NCBI GenBank assembly: GCA_037381445.1
Contig: JARRQT010000107.1
Coordinates: 1 to 17,888 of the forward strand
Source of the DNA: Calditrichia bacterium
Lineage (GTDB): Bacteria; Calditrichota; Calditrichia; RBG-13-44-9
Length of the DNA stretch: 17,888 nucleotides
Reading direction: 5' to 3'
The position numbers and the translations under genes are program-made. Of this stretch, positions 9,023 through 17,055 are shown piece by piece. The notes below the pieces were generated by a model. The model had not been told where the DNA came from, ran no database searches, and was given only the letters and a program-made list of their open reading frames with translations. Numbering within the stretch: the first letter of the stretch is position 1; every line of letters starts with the position of its first letter.

Positions 9023-9596
9023 CCAGTCACAGAAACTATTCGGGCATCCAGAACGCGCGATTTGGGAAGCGGATTTTAGATATTCCTTTTCCTGGTCTCT
9101 ACAAAGTTTCATGGTTTTTAATAAGATCAAACCTGCCCCAGAGACCGATGCCGCAAGGCAAATTTATGTAAAAAGCCTTGATATAGCTGATATTCAATGT
9201 TTTATTAATGCTGTCAGGGAGTCTCTTCATATCTTTTAATCGGCCTTAAGAATTCAAAGGTGAATATTTTATTGCCAGGCAACTTTTGCTGCAGCGGATC
9301 AGTAAAGGGGGTATTGAAATAATGGAGAAAAAATGCAGTTAATCTGTGCAGAAAGTATCGACTTGAATGAGAAAAGTTGCAGCCGCATATTTGATTGAAG
9401 CCCTGAGATTTTAAGTTTAGGCGAAAACCAGATATTAGGAATAGATCTGGCGCGGTTTGCCAATTATTCATTTTCACTAAGATACCGCTTTGAAAATTGA
9501 TATTTTTTAATAAATTAACAGGTAACAAATTTATTTTTGATTATATTTCAAACAGGATTTTGCCCAAATGGCAAATGATTGGCAAAGGAGCTAAAA

Positions 9597-10220
9597 ATGT
9601 TAAAGGATTCAACTGTTGAAAAAATTTTGGAAGAACTTTCTTCAAAATCTCCTGCGCCGGGGGGAGGAACCGTTGCAGGGATTTCTGGTGCTATTTCTTC
9701 AGCCCTTGTCTCGATGGTATGTAATTTGACAATCGGAAAGAAACGATATAGGCAAACTGAAGACGAAATGAAAACAATCCTGGCCAGTGCCGAGAAGCTC
9801 AGGCAGGAATTTATTCTCCTTTCAGAAAAAGATGCCGAAGTCTTCAATGAAGTGATGCAGGCATACAGCCTTCCTCATGAAACTGATGAGGAAAAAGAAG
9901 AACGAAAGAACAGGATTGAAGAAACTACCAAGCGCGCCTCACTGGTTCCCATGGATGTGCTGCGGCGCTGTGAGTCGGTGGCTCAGCTGAGTATGGCGGT
10001 CGCTTTGCGGGGTAATGAGAACTCCATCAGCGATGCAGGGGTGGCATCTATTATGGCCAAAGCCAGCGCCCAGGCCGCTTCTTTAAATATTTTAATTAAT
10101 CTTTCCACAATCACGGACGAAGATTTTAAAGGAAAGCTGAAAACCGAACAATCAAAAGTGCTGAAAACCGTTTGCGACCTTGTTGAAGAGACTTTAAATG
10201 TAGTTAAAACCAAATTATAA
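9597..10220 (+). CDS. fchA: Formiminotetrahydrofolate cyclodeaminase / methenyl-THF cyclohydrolase family protein (FTCD_C)
   Basis: SKSPAPGGG, ALVSMVCNLTIGKKRY, D...F..VM.AY.LP, GN.N.ISDAGVA and LNILINL motifs. AAGGAG lies 6 nt upstream of the ATG at 9597. Confidence 0.9.
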   Translation: MLKDSTVEKILEELSSKSPAPGGGTVAGISGAISSALVSMVCNLTIGKKRYRQTEDEMKTILASAEKLRQEFILLSEKDAEVFNEVMQAYSLPHETDEEKEERKNRIEETTKRASLVPMDVLRRCESVAQLSMAVALRGNENSISDAGVASIMAKASAQAASLNILINLSTITDEDFKGKLKTEQSKVLKTVCDLVEETLNVVKTKL

Positions 10221-10480
10221 TGCGAGGCATGGTGAATTTTAATAGGATTAAAATTGATGCGGCACAATGAATCGTGAAGGTGATAATCGCTATTTTTCAT
10301 CCAAAAATTTGAGGATTAGAAGGCGGAATCAAACTAAACAAGATGCTTCAAATAGTGATTGCCAATTATGAGGTCCGGGGATAAATTACGCCCAAGAGTG
10401 GTATGGCATCAAAGATGGCTTGGATTTTCTATAGAACTATCTAAATAAGAGTATGGAATAAATTAGAAGGATTAAATGCA

Positions 10481-10702
10481 ATGTTAGAAGAAAAAGTCAA
10501 AAAATTGCTTGAATCAATCAGACCTGGTATTCAAATGGACGGAGGAGATGTGGAATTTGTGGAGATCAAGGATGATACTGTTTACGTCAGGCTTCTTGGA
10601 GCATGCGGCGGATGTCCCATGGCCCAACTGACGTTGAAAGAAGGAATTGAGCGGTTTATCAGAAACGAACTTCCGGAAATAAGAGCAGTGGAATCCGTTT
10701 AA
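10481..10702 (+). CDS. NifU C-terminal (Nfu)-type Fe-S cluster carrier
   Basis: IRP.IQMDGGDVEFV, V.VRLLGACGGCP and TLK.GIE; a single Nfu domain with its CxxC motif. Confidence 0.93.
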   Translation: MLEEKVKKLLESIRPGIQMDGGDVEFVEIKDDTVYVRLLGACGGCPMAQLTLKEGIERFIRNELPEIRAVESV

Positions 10703-10722
10703 ACAGTTTAAATGAGGGAGTT

Positions 10723-11271
10723 ATGATTGAAGTAAAAATCAATGGGCTTTTTTTGACCCAGTCACAGGCCAGTGGGGTTATTTTGAAAGAAATGGAGGGT
10801 GAGCGAACGCTGCCGATTATTATCGGTGAATATGAAGCGCAGGCCATCGCCCTGGGACTGGAGAATATCAAACCGCCCAGACCCATCACGCACGATCTGA
10901 CACTCAGCCTGCTGCAGACGCTGGAGGCTAAAATCGAGCGGGTGGTTGTGACCGAACTTAAAAACAATACGTATTATGCCATTATTCATATTCGCCGTAA
11001 AATGAAACTATATGAAGTTGATTCCAGGCCAAGCGATGCCATCGCGCTGGCGGTAAGAGATAACATCCCGATTTTCGTTGAAGAAGAGGTTATGGAAAAA
11101 GGCGCTTATACCGCAGATGAAATCCAGGATGTGGAAGAAGGCCGCGTCGATCTTAAGGAAGATAAGCTGGATAAATTAAAGACCGAGCTTCAGCAGGCAG
11201 TTGAAAAAGAAGACTACGAGAAGGCAGCGAGAATCCGGGATGAAATCAAGCGGTTGGAATCCCGGCAATAA
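10723..11271 (+). CDS. Bifunctional nuclease family protein (DUF151) with a C-terminal UvrB/UvrC (UVR) motif
   Basis: LPIIIGEYEAQAIA, RPITHDL and DSRPSDAIALA motifs; C-terminal LQQAVEKEDYEKAARIRDEI UVR motif. Confidence 0.92.
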   Translation: MIEVKINGLFLTQSQASGVILKEMEGERTLPIIIGEYEAQAIALGLENIKPPRPITHDLTLSLLQTLEAKIERVVVTELKNNTYYAIIHIRRKMKLYEVDSRPSDAIALAVRDNIPIFVEEEVMEKGAYTADEIQDVEEGRVDLKEDKLDKLKTELQQAVEKEDYEKAARIRDEIKRLESRQ

Positions 11272-11285
11272 ATCTGAGGAGCCAG

Positions 11286-12194
11286 ATGGGTAATGATACG
11301 TTTCGGTTGAAGATCTATGGAGTCAGGGGAAGCCATCCGCCCACCACCGGAAAAGCCACGCAGTATGGGGTTAATACCGCCTGCCTGAGAATTGACATTG
11401 GGCGGCATCTTTTGATTGTGGACGCCGGCACCGGCATTATTGATCTGGGAAAGGATTTGCTTTCCGAGATCAAATCTGGCAAAAGCAAACAGAACCTTTT
11501 CAAATTGCACCTGTTTTTCACCCACACCCATATTGACCATCTTTTCGGATTCCCCTATTTTAATATGCTGTATTTGCCCAAAACGGAGATGCACATCATT
11601 TCTCCGCCGATCCTGAATATTACAGCAGAGGAGGTGCTGAATACCTGGATGAGCCCTGCTTTTTTCCCGGTGGCCGCCTCCGAACTGCCCGGCACTCTAT
11701 ACTATCATGATTTCGGAGAAAACAGACAAGTTTATTTTTTCGAAAATGATTTCAAAGTGCTGCCCGTTACGGAGGCCTTAACCGTAAAAGGATGGATTGG
11801 CCGGATTTCCTGCCTGCGAAACTATACCCATCCCAAGGGCGGCAATTACATTTATAAGTTTGAAAATTCCCGTGAGCGGTCGATTGTATTTGCAACCGAC
11901 GTTGAGGGAATGCTGGGAGGAGACCAGCGCCTGATCGATTTCGCCAAAAATACAGATGTTCTTATTCATGATGCGCAATATTCTCCGGAAGAGTATCTGC
12001 TTTCTCAGGGATTCGGTCATAGCACCTATGAAATGGCCTGCGAGGTGGCGCAAAAGGCTTCGGTGAAAAAACTGATTTTATTCCATCATGATCCGAACCA
12101 TTCGGATGAGGAACTGCAGGATCTGGAAGACCAGGCTAAGAAGATATTTCCTCATTCCTACATCGCGGATGAAACAATGGAATTTTCCTTCTAA
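11286..12194 (+). CDS. MBL-fold metallo-hydrolase (ribonuclease Z/phosphodiesterase-like)
   Basis: GVRGS, NT.C, DAGTG, THTHIDH (HxHxDH), HP.G, ATD.E, IHDAQY, GHS and FHHDP motifs. Confidence 0.9.
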   Translation: MGNDTFRLKIYGVRGSHPPTTGKATQYGVNTACLRIDIGRHLLIVDAGTGIIDLGKDLLSEIKSGKSKQNLFKLHLFFTHTHIDHLFGFPYFNMLYLPKTEMHIISPPILNITAEEVLNTWMSPAFFPVAASELPGTLYYHDFGENRQVYFFENDFKVLPVTEALTVKGWIGRISCLRNYTHPKGGNYIYKFENSRERSIVFATDVEGMLGGDQRLIDFAKNTDVLIHDAQYSPEEYLLSQGFGHSTYEMACEVAQKASVKKLILFHHDPNHSDEELQDLEDQAKKIFPHSYIADETMEFSF

Positions 12195-12220
12195 GATCTT
12201 GCTCATTACAAAATGATCAG

Positions 12221-12270
12221 AAGAGGGAGTCCGGGCCGATTTTTCTCTGACAAACGGCGCCGGTCCTTTT
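12221..12270 (+). terminator. Possible intrinsic terminator after the nfu-DUF151-MBL genes
   Basis: Imperfect GC-rich stem (gga..ccgg-gccg / cggc-g-ccgg-tcc) followed by tttt, about 30 nt after the MBL stop. The loop is long and the U-tract short. Confidence 0.35.
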
Positions 12271-12465
12271 GTAGATTAAAGTCAGCTGGTCATATTTTTA
12301 TTTAAAAAAGACACTTCTTAGAACTTCCAAATAACTACCATCGTGCGTTTATTCACTCAAAGTGACAAAAAATACTGCCATTGGGTAATAATATTTTTTG
12401 TTGGGATCAAAATAAATTATAATGGGTGAGATTAGGTGAAATGCTTTTAAAAAATATTTTTTTGA

Positions 12466-12495
12466 TTGAAAAGCATGAATTTAGTTTTATATCTT
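12466..12495 (+). promoter_or_regulatory. Candidate sigma70-type promoter of the oxidoreductase operon
   Basis: TTGAAA (12466-12471), an 18-nt spacer and TATCTT (12490-12495), with an AT-rich tract upstream. Confidence 0.35.
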
Positions 12496-12505
12496 GGAGC
12501 AGTTA

Positions 12506-12523
12506 TTGTGCATTTTTACACAT
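12506..12523. promoter_or_regulatory. Candidate Rex (or CRP/FNR-family) operator
   Basis: TTGTGCA-TTTT-TACACAT matches the Rex consensus TTGTGAA-N4-TTCACAA at 11 of 14 positions. It lies just downstream of the candidate promoter and about 95 nt upstream of an NADH-linked oxidoreductase operon. Confidence 0.55.
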
Positions 12524-12618
12524 TATTCCCGGCATAGCGGGAAAGAAATTTGGTTGCCTAAAATGTCCATTTTATATAAAGAATTCTTCTCAACAGTCAA
12601 CTTAAATGAGGATAGCAA

Positions 12619-13107
12619 ATGGAAGCAGTAGACACGCAGCCGGTAGAAACTATCGACTTCGCCCCTCTGGAGAAAGTGCTTAAAAAATTTGCCGGTAAAA
12701 AAGGTGCTGTTATACCCCTCCTGCAGGAAACCCAGAAAATCTATGGCTTTCTGCCGCGGGAAGCATTGCTCAGGATTGCGGAAGCCACCAATACGGAGGC
12801 CAGCCACATTTACGGTGTCGCTACCTTTTACTCCCAGTTCAGGTTAAAACCGGTTGGTAAACATATCATCCGCGTGTGTCATGGAACTGCCTGCCACGTT
12901 GGCGGAGCTGAACGGATAACAGAAGCCTGCGAAGAACATCTCGGAGTCGCTGACGGGGAAACCACTGAGGACCGTCAGTTTACGCTGGAGTCTGTGGCCT
13001 GTCTGGGCTGCTGCAGTCTGGCGCCGGTGATGATGATTGACGATACCACCTATGGTCGTCTCACCGACCGGGAAGCTAAAAAAGTGTTAACTCATTTTAA
13101 AAAATAA
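12619..13107 (+). CDS. nuoE: NuoE-like [2Fe-2S] subunit of a Bfu-family complex (StnA/HydC-type)
   Basis: IPLLQETQ..YGFLP, GVATFYSQF, and the [2Fe-2S] ligands CHGTAC...CLGCCSLAP. GAGGA RBS upstream. The symbol is family-level, since no other nuo genes are present. Confidence 0.92.
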   Translation: MEAVDTQPVETIDFAPLEKVLKKFAGKKGAVIPLLQETQKIYGFLPREALLRIAEATNTEASHIYGVATFYSQFRLKPVGKHIIRVCHGTACHVGGAERITEACEEHLGVADGETTEDRQFTLESVACLGCCSLAPVMMIDDTTYGRLTDREAKKVLTHFKK

Positions 13108-13123
13108 AGGGAGAGATGTCGCC

Positions 13124-14950
13124 ATGGTGAATCCACAAAATGGAAAAGTGAAGATTTTGGTGGGCATGGGCAGTTGCGGCATCGCTGCCGGAGCTGCGGA
13201 TGTTTATCATGCATTGGAAAATAAAATTGAAATCGAGAACCTGGATATTGAATTGGAAAAAACCGCCTGCATCGGCGCCTGTTACCGGGAGCCCCTGGTG
13301 GAAGTCCGGGTTCCCGGCCTTCCTGCGGTGATTTACGGTGATATAACCGTGAAGAGAATCCGGGATATATTCGAGAAACACATTCAAAATAAAGAAATCA
13401 TTTCGGAATGGCTGCTCAAAGGTGATAATCTGCAGACTTCCGAGGATGAACTGTTCCGGAAACAGGTCCGCATTGTATTGCGGAATGCGGGACAAATCAA
13501 TCCGGAGCGGATTGAAGATTATGTGGCGCGGGATGGATATAAAGCCATCCGCAGGGTATTAATGGAGATGAAACCGGAGGATGTGATCAACGAAATTAAG
13601 GCCTCCGGCATACGGGGCAGGGGAGGCGCCGGATTTCCCACCGGTTTGAAATGGCAGTTCGCCCGGCAGTCTCAGTCCAATGAAAAATATATTATCTGCA
13701 ATGGCGATGAAGGCGATCCGGGCGCATTCATGGATCGCAGCGTAATGGAAGGCGATCCCCACAGCGTTCTGGAAGGAATGATGATTGGCGGCTACGCCAT
13801 CGGGGCCAAAGAAGGCGTTATTTATGTGAGGGCGGAATATCCCCTGGCCATTCAGCATCTTGAAACGGCCATCAGGCAGGCCAAGAAAAAGGGATTTCTG
13901 GGCAAACGCATTTTGGGGACTTCATTTTCCTTCGATATTTCCCTGAAACTGGGCGCCGGGGCATTTGTCTGCGGAGAGGAAACCGCGCTGATTGCCAGTG
14001 TGGAAGGAAAACGGGGCATGCCGCGTCTTCGCCCGCCTTTTCCCGCCGCTCAGGGATTATGGAATAAGCCGACCAATATAAATAATGTGGAAACTTATGC
14101 GAATGTGCCGTGGATTATTTTAAATGGTTCCGATGCCTTTGCCCGGCTGGGAACCGAAAAAAGCAAGGGCACGAAGGTTTTCGCCCTGGCCGGAAAGATC
14201 AAACGCGGCGGCATGGTGGAAGTCCCCATGGGTATGCCGCTGCGGGATGTGATTTTCGAGATCGGCGGCGGGATAAAGAATGATCGCGAATTCAAGGCGG
14301 TTCAGTTGGGCGGCCCCTCCGGCGGATGCGTTCCGGCCAGCCTGCTGGATACACCGGTGGATTACGAATCGCTGAATCAAACCGGCGCGATTATGGGTTC
14401 CGGCGGCATGGTGGTAATGGACGACCGGACCTGTATGGTGGATGTGGCCAAATTTTTCCTGCACTTTACACAGGAGGAATCCTGCGGGAAATGCACTTTC
14501 TGCCGTCTGGGCACCAAACGAATGCTGGAAATTCTGGAACGTATCACGGAAGGCAAGGGAGAAGAAGGCGATATCGAAAAACTGGAATTGCTGGCCGAAA
14601 ACATAAAAAAGAATTCGCTGTGCGGACTGGGCCAGACGGCCCCCAATCCGGTGCTGACAACACTGAAGTATTTCCGGGAGGAGTATGAAGCGCACATCCA
14701 TTATAAAAAATGTCCGGCCAAAAGCTGCCGCGAACTTATTACCTATCGTGTGATTCCTGACAATTGCACCGGGTGTATGGTTTGTCTGCGCGCCTGCCCG
14801 GTGAATGCGATAACCGGCGCCAAAAAGGAAATCCATCGTATCGATCCCGAAACATGCACCCGCTGCGGTGCCTGTTACGATTCCTGCCGGTTTGATGCCA
14901 TTGAAATTCTGACAGGCGAGGAAGAGGAAGTTGCGGGAGAAATAGCGTAA
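13124..14950 (+). CDS. nuoF: NuoF-like FMN/NADH-binding subunit of an electron-bifurcating complex (StnB/HydB-type), with N-terminal thioredoxin-like and C-terminal 2x[4Fe-4S] domains
   Basis: SGIRGRGGAGFPTG.KW, CNGDEGDPGAFMDR, GAGAFVCGEETAL, NNVET, GGPSGGC, ESCGKCTFCR...LCGLG, H....CP..C, CTGCMVC...CP and CTRCGAC...C. The symbol is family-level. Confidence 0.93.
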   Translation: MVNPQNGKVKILVGMGSCGIAAGAADVYHALENKIEIENLDIELEKTACIGACYREPLVEVRVPGLPAVIYGDITVKRIRDIFEKHIQNKEIISEWLLKGDNLQTSEDELFRKQVRIVLRNAGQINPERIEDYVARDGYKAIRRVLMEMKPEDVINEIKASGIRGRGGAGFPTGLKWQFARQSQSNEKYIICNGDEGDPGAFMDRSVMEGDPHSVLEGMMIGGYAIGAKEGVIYVRAEYPLAIQHLETAIRQAKKKGFLGKRILGTSFSFDISLKLGAGAFVCGEETALIASVEGKRGMPRLRPPFPAAQGLWNKPTNINNVETYANVPWIILNGSDAFARLGTEKSKGTKVFALAGKIKRGGMVEVPMGMPLRDVIFEIGGGIKNDREFKAVQLGGPSGGCVPASLLDTPVDYESLNQTGAIMGSGGMVVMDDRTCMVDVAKFFLHFTQEESCGKCTFCRLGTKRMLEILERITEGKGEEGDIEKLELLAENIKKNSLCGLGQTAPNPVLTTLKYFREEYEAHIHYKKCPAKSCRELITYRVIPDNCTGCMVCLRACPVNAITGAKKEIHRIDPETCTRCGACYDSCRFDAIEILTGEEEEVAGEIA

Positions 14951-15021
14951 GGAACCGGAACGAAATTTAAAAATTTTTGGGAAATTCAAATTAAAACCAA
15001 AAGGCAATTTTGGAGATAAAA

Positions 15022-16473
15022 ATGAGCAAAGTCCAGATTTTTATAGATGGTAAACCGATTATCGCTGATACCACGCAAACCATATTACAGGTTGCCCGTG
15101 AGCAGGGAATAGACATTCCTACACTCTGTTATGATGATCAATTGGAACCTTTCACTTCCTGTTTCCTGTGCGTGGTGCAGTTGGAAGGCGCGCGGACTTT
15201 TGTTCCCGCCTGCGGGACCAAAGTGAATCAGGGCATGAAAATTACCACCAATAATGATCCCATCCGGGATGCCCGGAAAATGGCCCTTGAATTGATCCTG
15301 AGTAACCATTATGCGGATTGCCTCGGGCCATGCCGCATTTCCTGCCCGGCGGGCGTTGATATTCAGGGATATCTGGCGCTTGCTTCCATGGGCAAATACC
15401 GGGAAGCCATCGAACTCATCAAGCGAAATAATCCGCTCCCCACCGTCTGCGGACGCGTGTGCACCCGCCCCTGTGAAATGAATTGCCGGCGCAACTTTGT
15501 AGATGAACCTGCTGCCATTGATCATGTGAAACGCTTCCTCGCTGATCATGATTTGGGCAGCCCGGAACGATACTTCCCTCCCGTAAAACCGGAGACCGGC
15601 CAGAAAGTGGCAATTGTTGGAGCAGGGCCCGCCGGTCTTTCCTGCGCCTACTATCTGCGCCAGGAAGGACATGCCGTCGATATTTTCGATTCCAAACCAA
15701 AACCCGGCGGCATGCTGCGCTGGGGGATTCCCCAATACCGGCTGCCGGAAGAGGTGCTGGATAAGGAGATTGAAGGCGTCACCGGGCTGGGGGTGGAGAT
15801 TCACTGCAATCAGGCAATGGGACGGGATTTTACTCTGGACTCCCTGTTCGACCGCGGTTATAAATCTGTTTTTCTGGGGCTCGGTGCCCAGGCCAGCACC
15901 AGCATGCGGGTTGAAAACGAAAATGCAGAAGGCGTTCTGTCCGGGATTGATTTCCTGGCGGATATTAAACTGAAGAAAATAACAGCATTGAACGGAAAAG
16001 TGGCAGTGATTGGCGGCGGAAATACGGCCATGGATGCTGCACGGTCCGCTCTGCGCCTCGGCGCTGACGAAGTGAGCATCGTTTACCGCCGGACGATAAA
16101 TGAAATGCCCGCCAATAAAATGGAAATTGATGAAGCGATGGAAGAGGGCATCAATTTCATTTTTCTCACCGCGCCGGTCAAAGTGATGCTGGATGCCAAC
16201 GGAAAAGCAACGGGAATCGAGTGCCTCAAGATGGAACTGGGTCAGCCTGATGCCAGCGGCCGCCGCCGTCCGGAACCCGTGGAAGGTTCCAATTTTGTGA
16301 TGGATATGGATTGGATCATCGCCGCCATCGGCCAGAAACCCGATCTGGAATTTGCAGGGCGGGATGATAAGCTGGTGGACATCAAAATGAGCCGCTGGGG
16401 AACGCTGGAAGTCAAACCGCACCTCATGCAGACCAACATCCCCGGGGTGGATTCACAAATTCCTGACCGGTGA
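15022..16473 (+). CDS. Segment 1 of the stnC-like gene: [2Fe-2S] domain plus GltD-like FAD-dependent NADP(H) oxidoreductase
   Basis: IPTLC...CFLC...PAC, H.ADC..PC...CP, CGRVC.RPCE..C, VAIVGAGPAGL (FAD), and VIGGGNTAMD with YRR (NADPH-type). Homology ends at TNIPGV (16449). Confidence 0.88.
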   Translation: MSKVQIFIDGKPIIADTTQTILQVAREQGIDIPTLCYDDQLEPFTSCFLCVVQLEGARTFVPACGTKVNQGMKITTNNDPIRDARKMALELILSNHYADCLGPCRISCPAGVDIQGYLALASMGKYREAIELIKRNNPLPTVCGRVCTRPCEMNCRRNFVDEPAAIDHVKRFLADHDLGSPERYFPPVKPETGQKVAIVGAGPAGLSCAYYLRQEGHAVDIFDSKPKPGGMLRWGIPQYRLPEEVLDKEIEGVTGLGVEIHCNQAMGRDFTLDSLFDRGYKSVFLGLGAQASTSMRVENENAEGVLSGIDFLADIKLKKITALNGKVAVIGGGNTAMDAARSALRLGADEVSIVYRRTINEMPANKMEIDEAMEEGINFIFLTAPVKVMLDANGKATGIECLKMELGQPDASGRRRPEPVEGSNFVMDMDWIIAAIGQKPDLEFAGRDDKLVDIKMSRWGTLEVKPHLMQTNIPGVDSQIPDR

Positions 16474-17055
16474 AAAACTTGACCTGCCCAAAAAGCCGTT
16501 TATGAGCCGGAAAGACAATTTCAAAGAGCTTTCCGTGGATGATTTTACGCATGTCCCCAAGACGGTGCGGCAGAAGATGTCAGTGCGGGATGCCGAGAAG
16601 CGCAAAAAAGACTGGGATGAAATCGAGCTGGGTTTCACGCCGGATCAGGTTTACCAGGAGGCAATCCGCTGCCTGGAATGCGGCTGTCAGTCCTTTTATG
16701 AATGCGATCTGCAAAAACACTCCACCGAATATGAGGCCGATCAGCAGAGTTATCCCGGTGAATATCACGATATCAAGCCGGACAAATCCCATCCGTTCAT
16801 TCAGATCGAATTGAATAAGTGCATCCTTTGCGGAAGATGCGTGCGGGTCTGCGATGAAGTGATGGGCCTGGGCGTATTCGGACTTGTGAACCGCGGATTC
16901 GATGCCAAGGTGAAGCCTTCACTGGAAATGCCGCTGGCGGAAAGCCATTGTATTTCCTGCGGCCAGTGCGTAGAAACTTGTCCCACCGGCGCCATTGTAG
17001 ATAAGGTGGATGCGACGAAACCGGGCCCCTGGGTGCGAAACCGGGCCCCTGGGTG
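16451..17055 (+). CDS. Segment 2 of the stnC-like gene: permuted GltD N-terminal piece plus 2x[4Fe-4S] ferredoxin domain (contains track ORF 16502..17167)
   Basis: Frame 2 from 16451 reads IHKFLTGEKLDLPKKPFMSR...DEIELGF...EAIRCLECGCQSFYECDLQ...KCILCGRCVRVC...CISCGQCVETCPTGA. Confidence 0.85.

Noticed and set aside
9214..9528. Minus-strand 104-aa ORF, and 8994..9239 on the plus strand, in the FT-CD gap
   Set aside because: No RBS or motif support and non-coding-like composition; treated as spurious.
9559..9590. Alternative pairing of tttgcc with two ggcaaa copies near the cyclodeaminase RBS as a riboswitch platform
   Set aside because: The stems are only 6 bp and no THF or ZTP aptamer consensus is recognisable.
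10404..10420. Sigma54 promoter (tggcat...) upstream of nfu
   Set aside because: The -12 GC is not at the required distance from the -24 GG.
12619..14950. Respiratory complex I (nuo) operon
   Set aside because: No nuoA-D or nuoH-N genes are present, the NuoF-like protein has extra ferredoxin domains, and the third gene is a GltD fusion.
15085..16422. Long minus-strand ORF of 445 aa, along with 14120..15007, 1163..1825, 3735..4292 and other overlapping ORFs
   Set aside because: These are antisense or alternate-frame shadows of well-supported genes with no recognisable motifs.
16471..16482. TGA ending ORF 15010..16473 as a selenocysteine codon
   Set aside because: Homology is already lost before it, a second in-frame TGA follows three codons later, and the conserved sequence continues in another frame.
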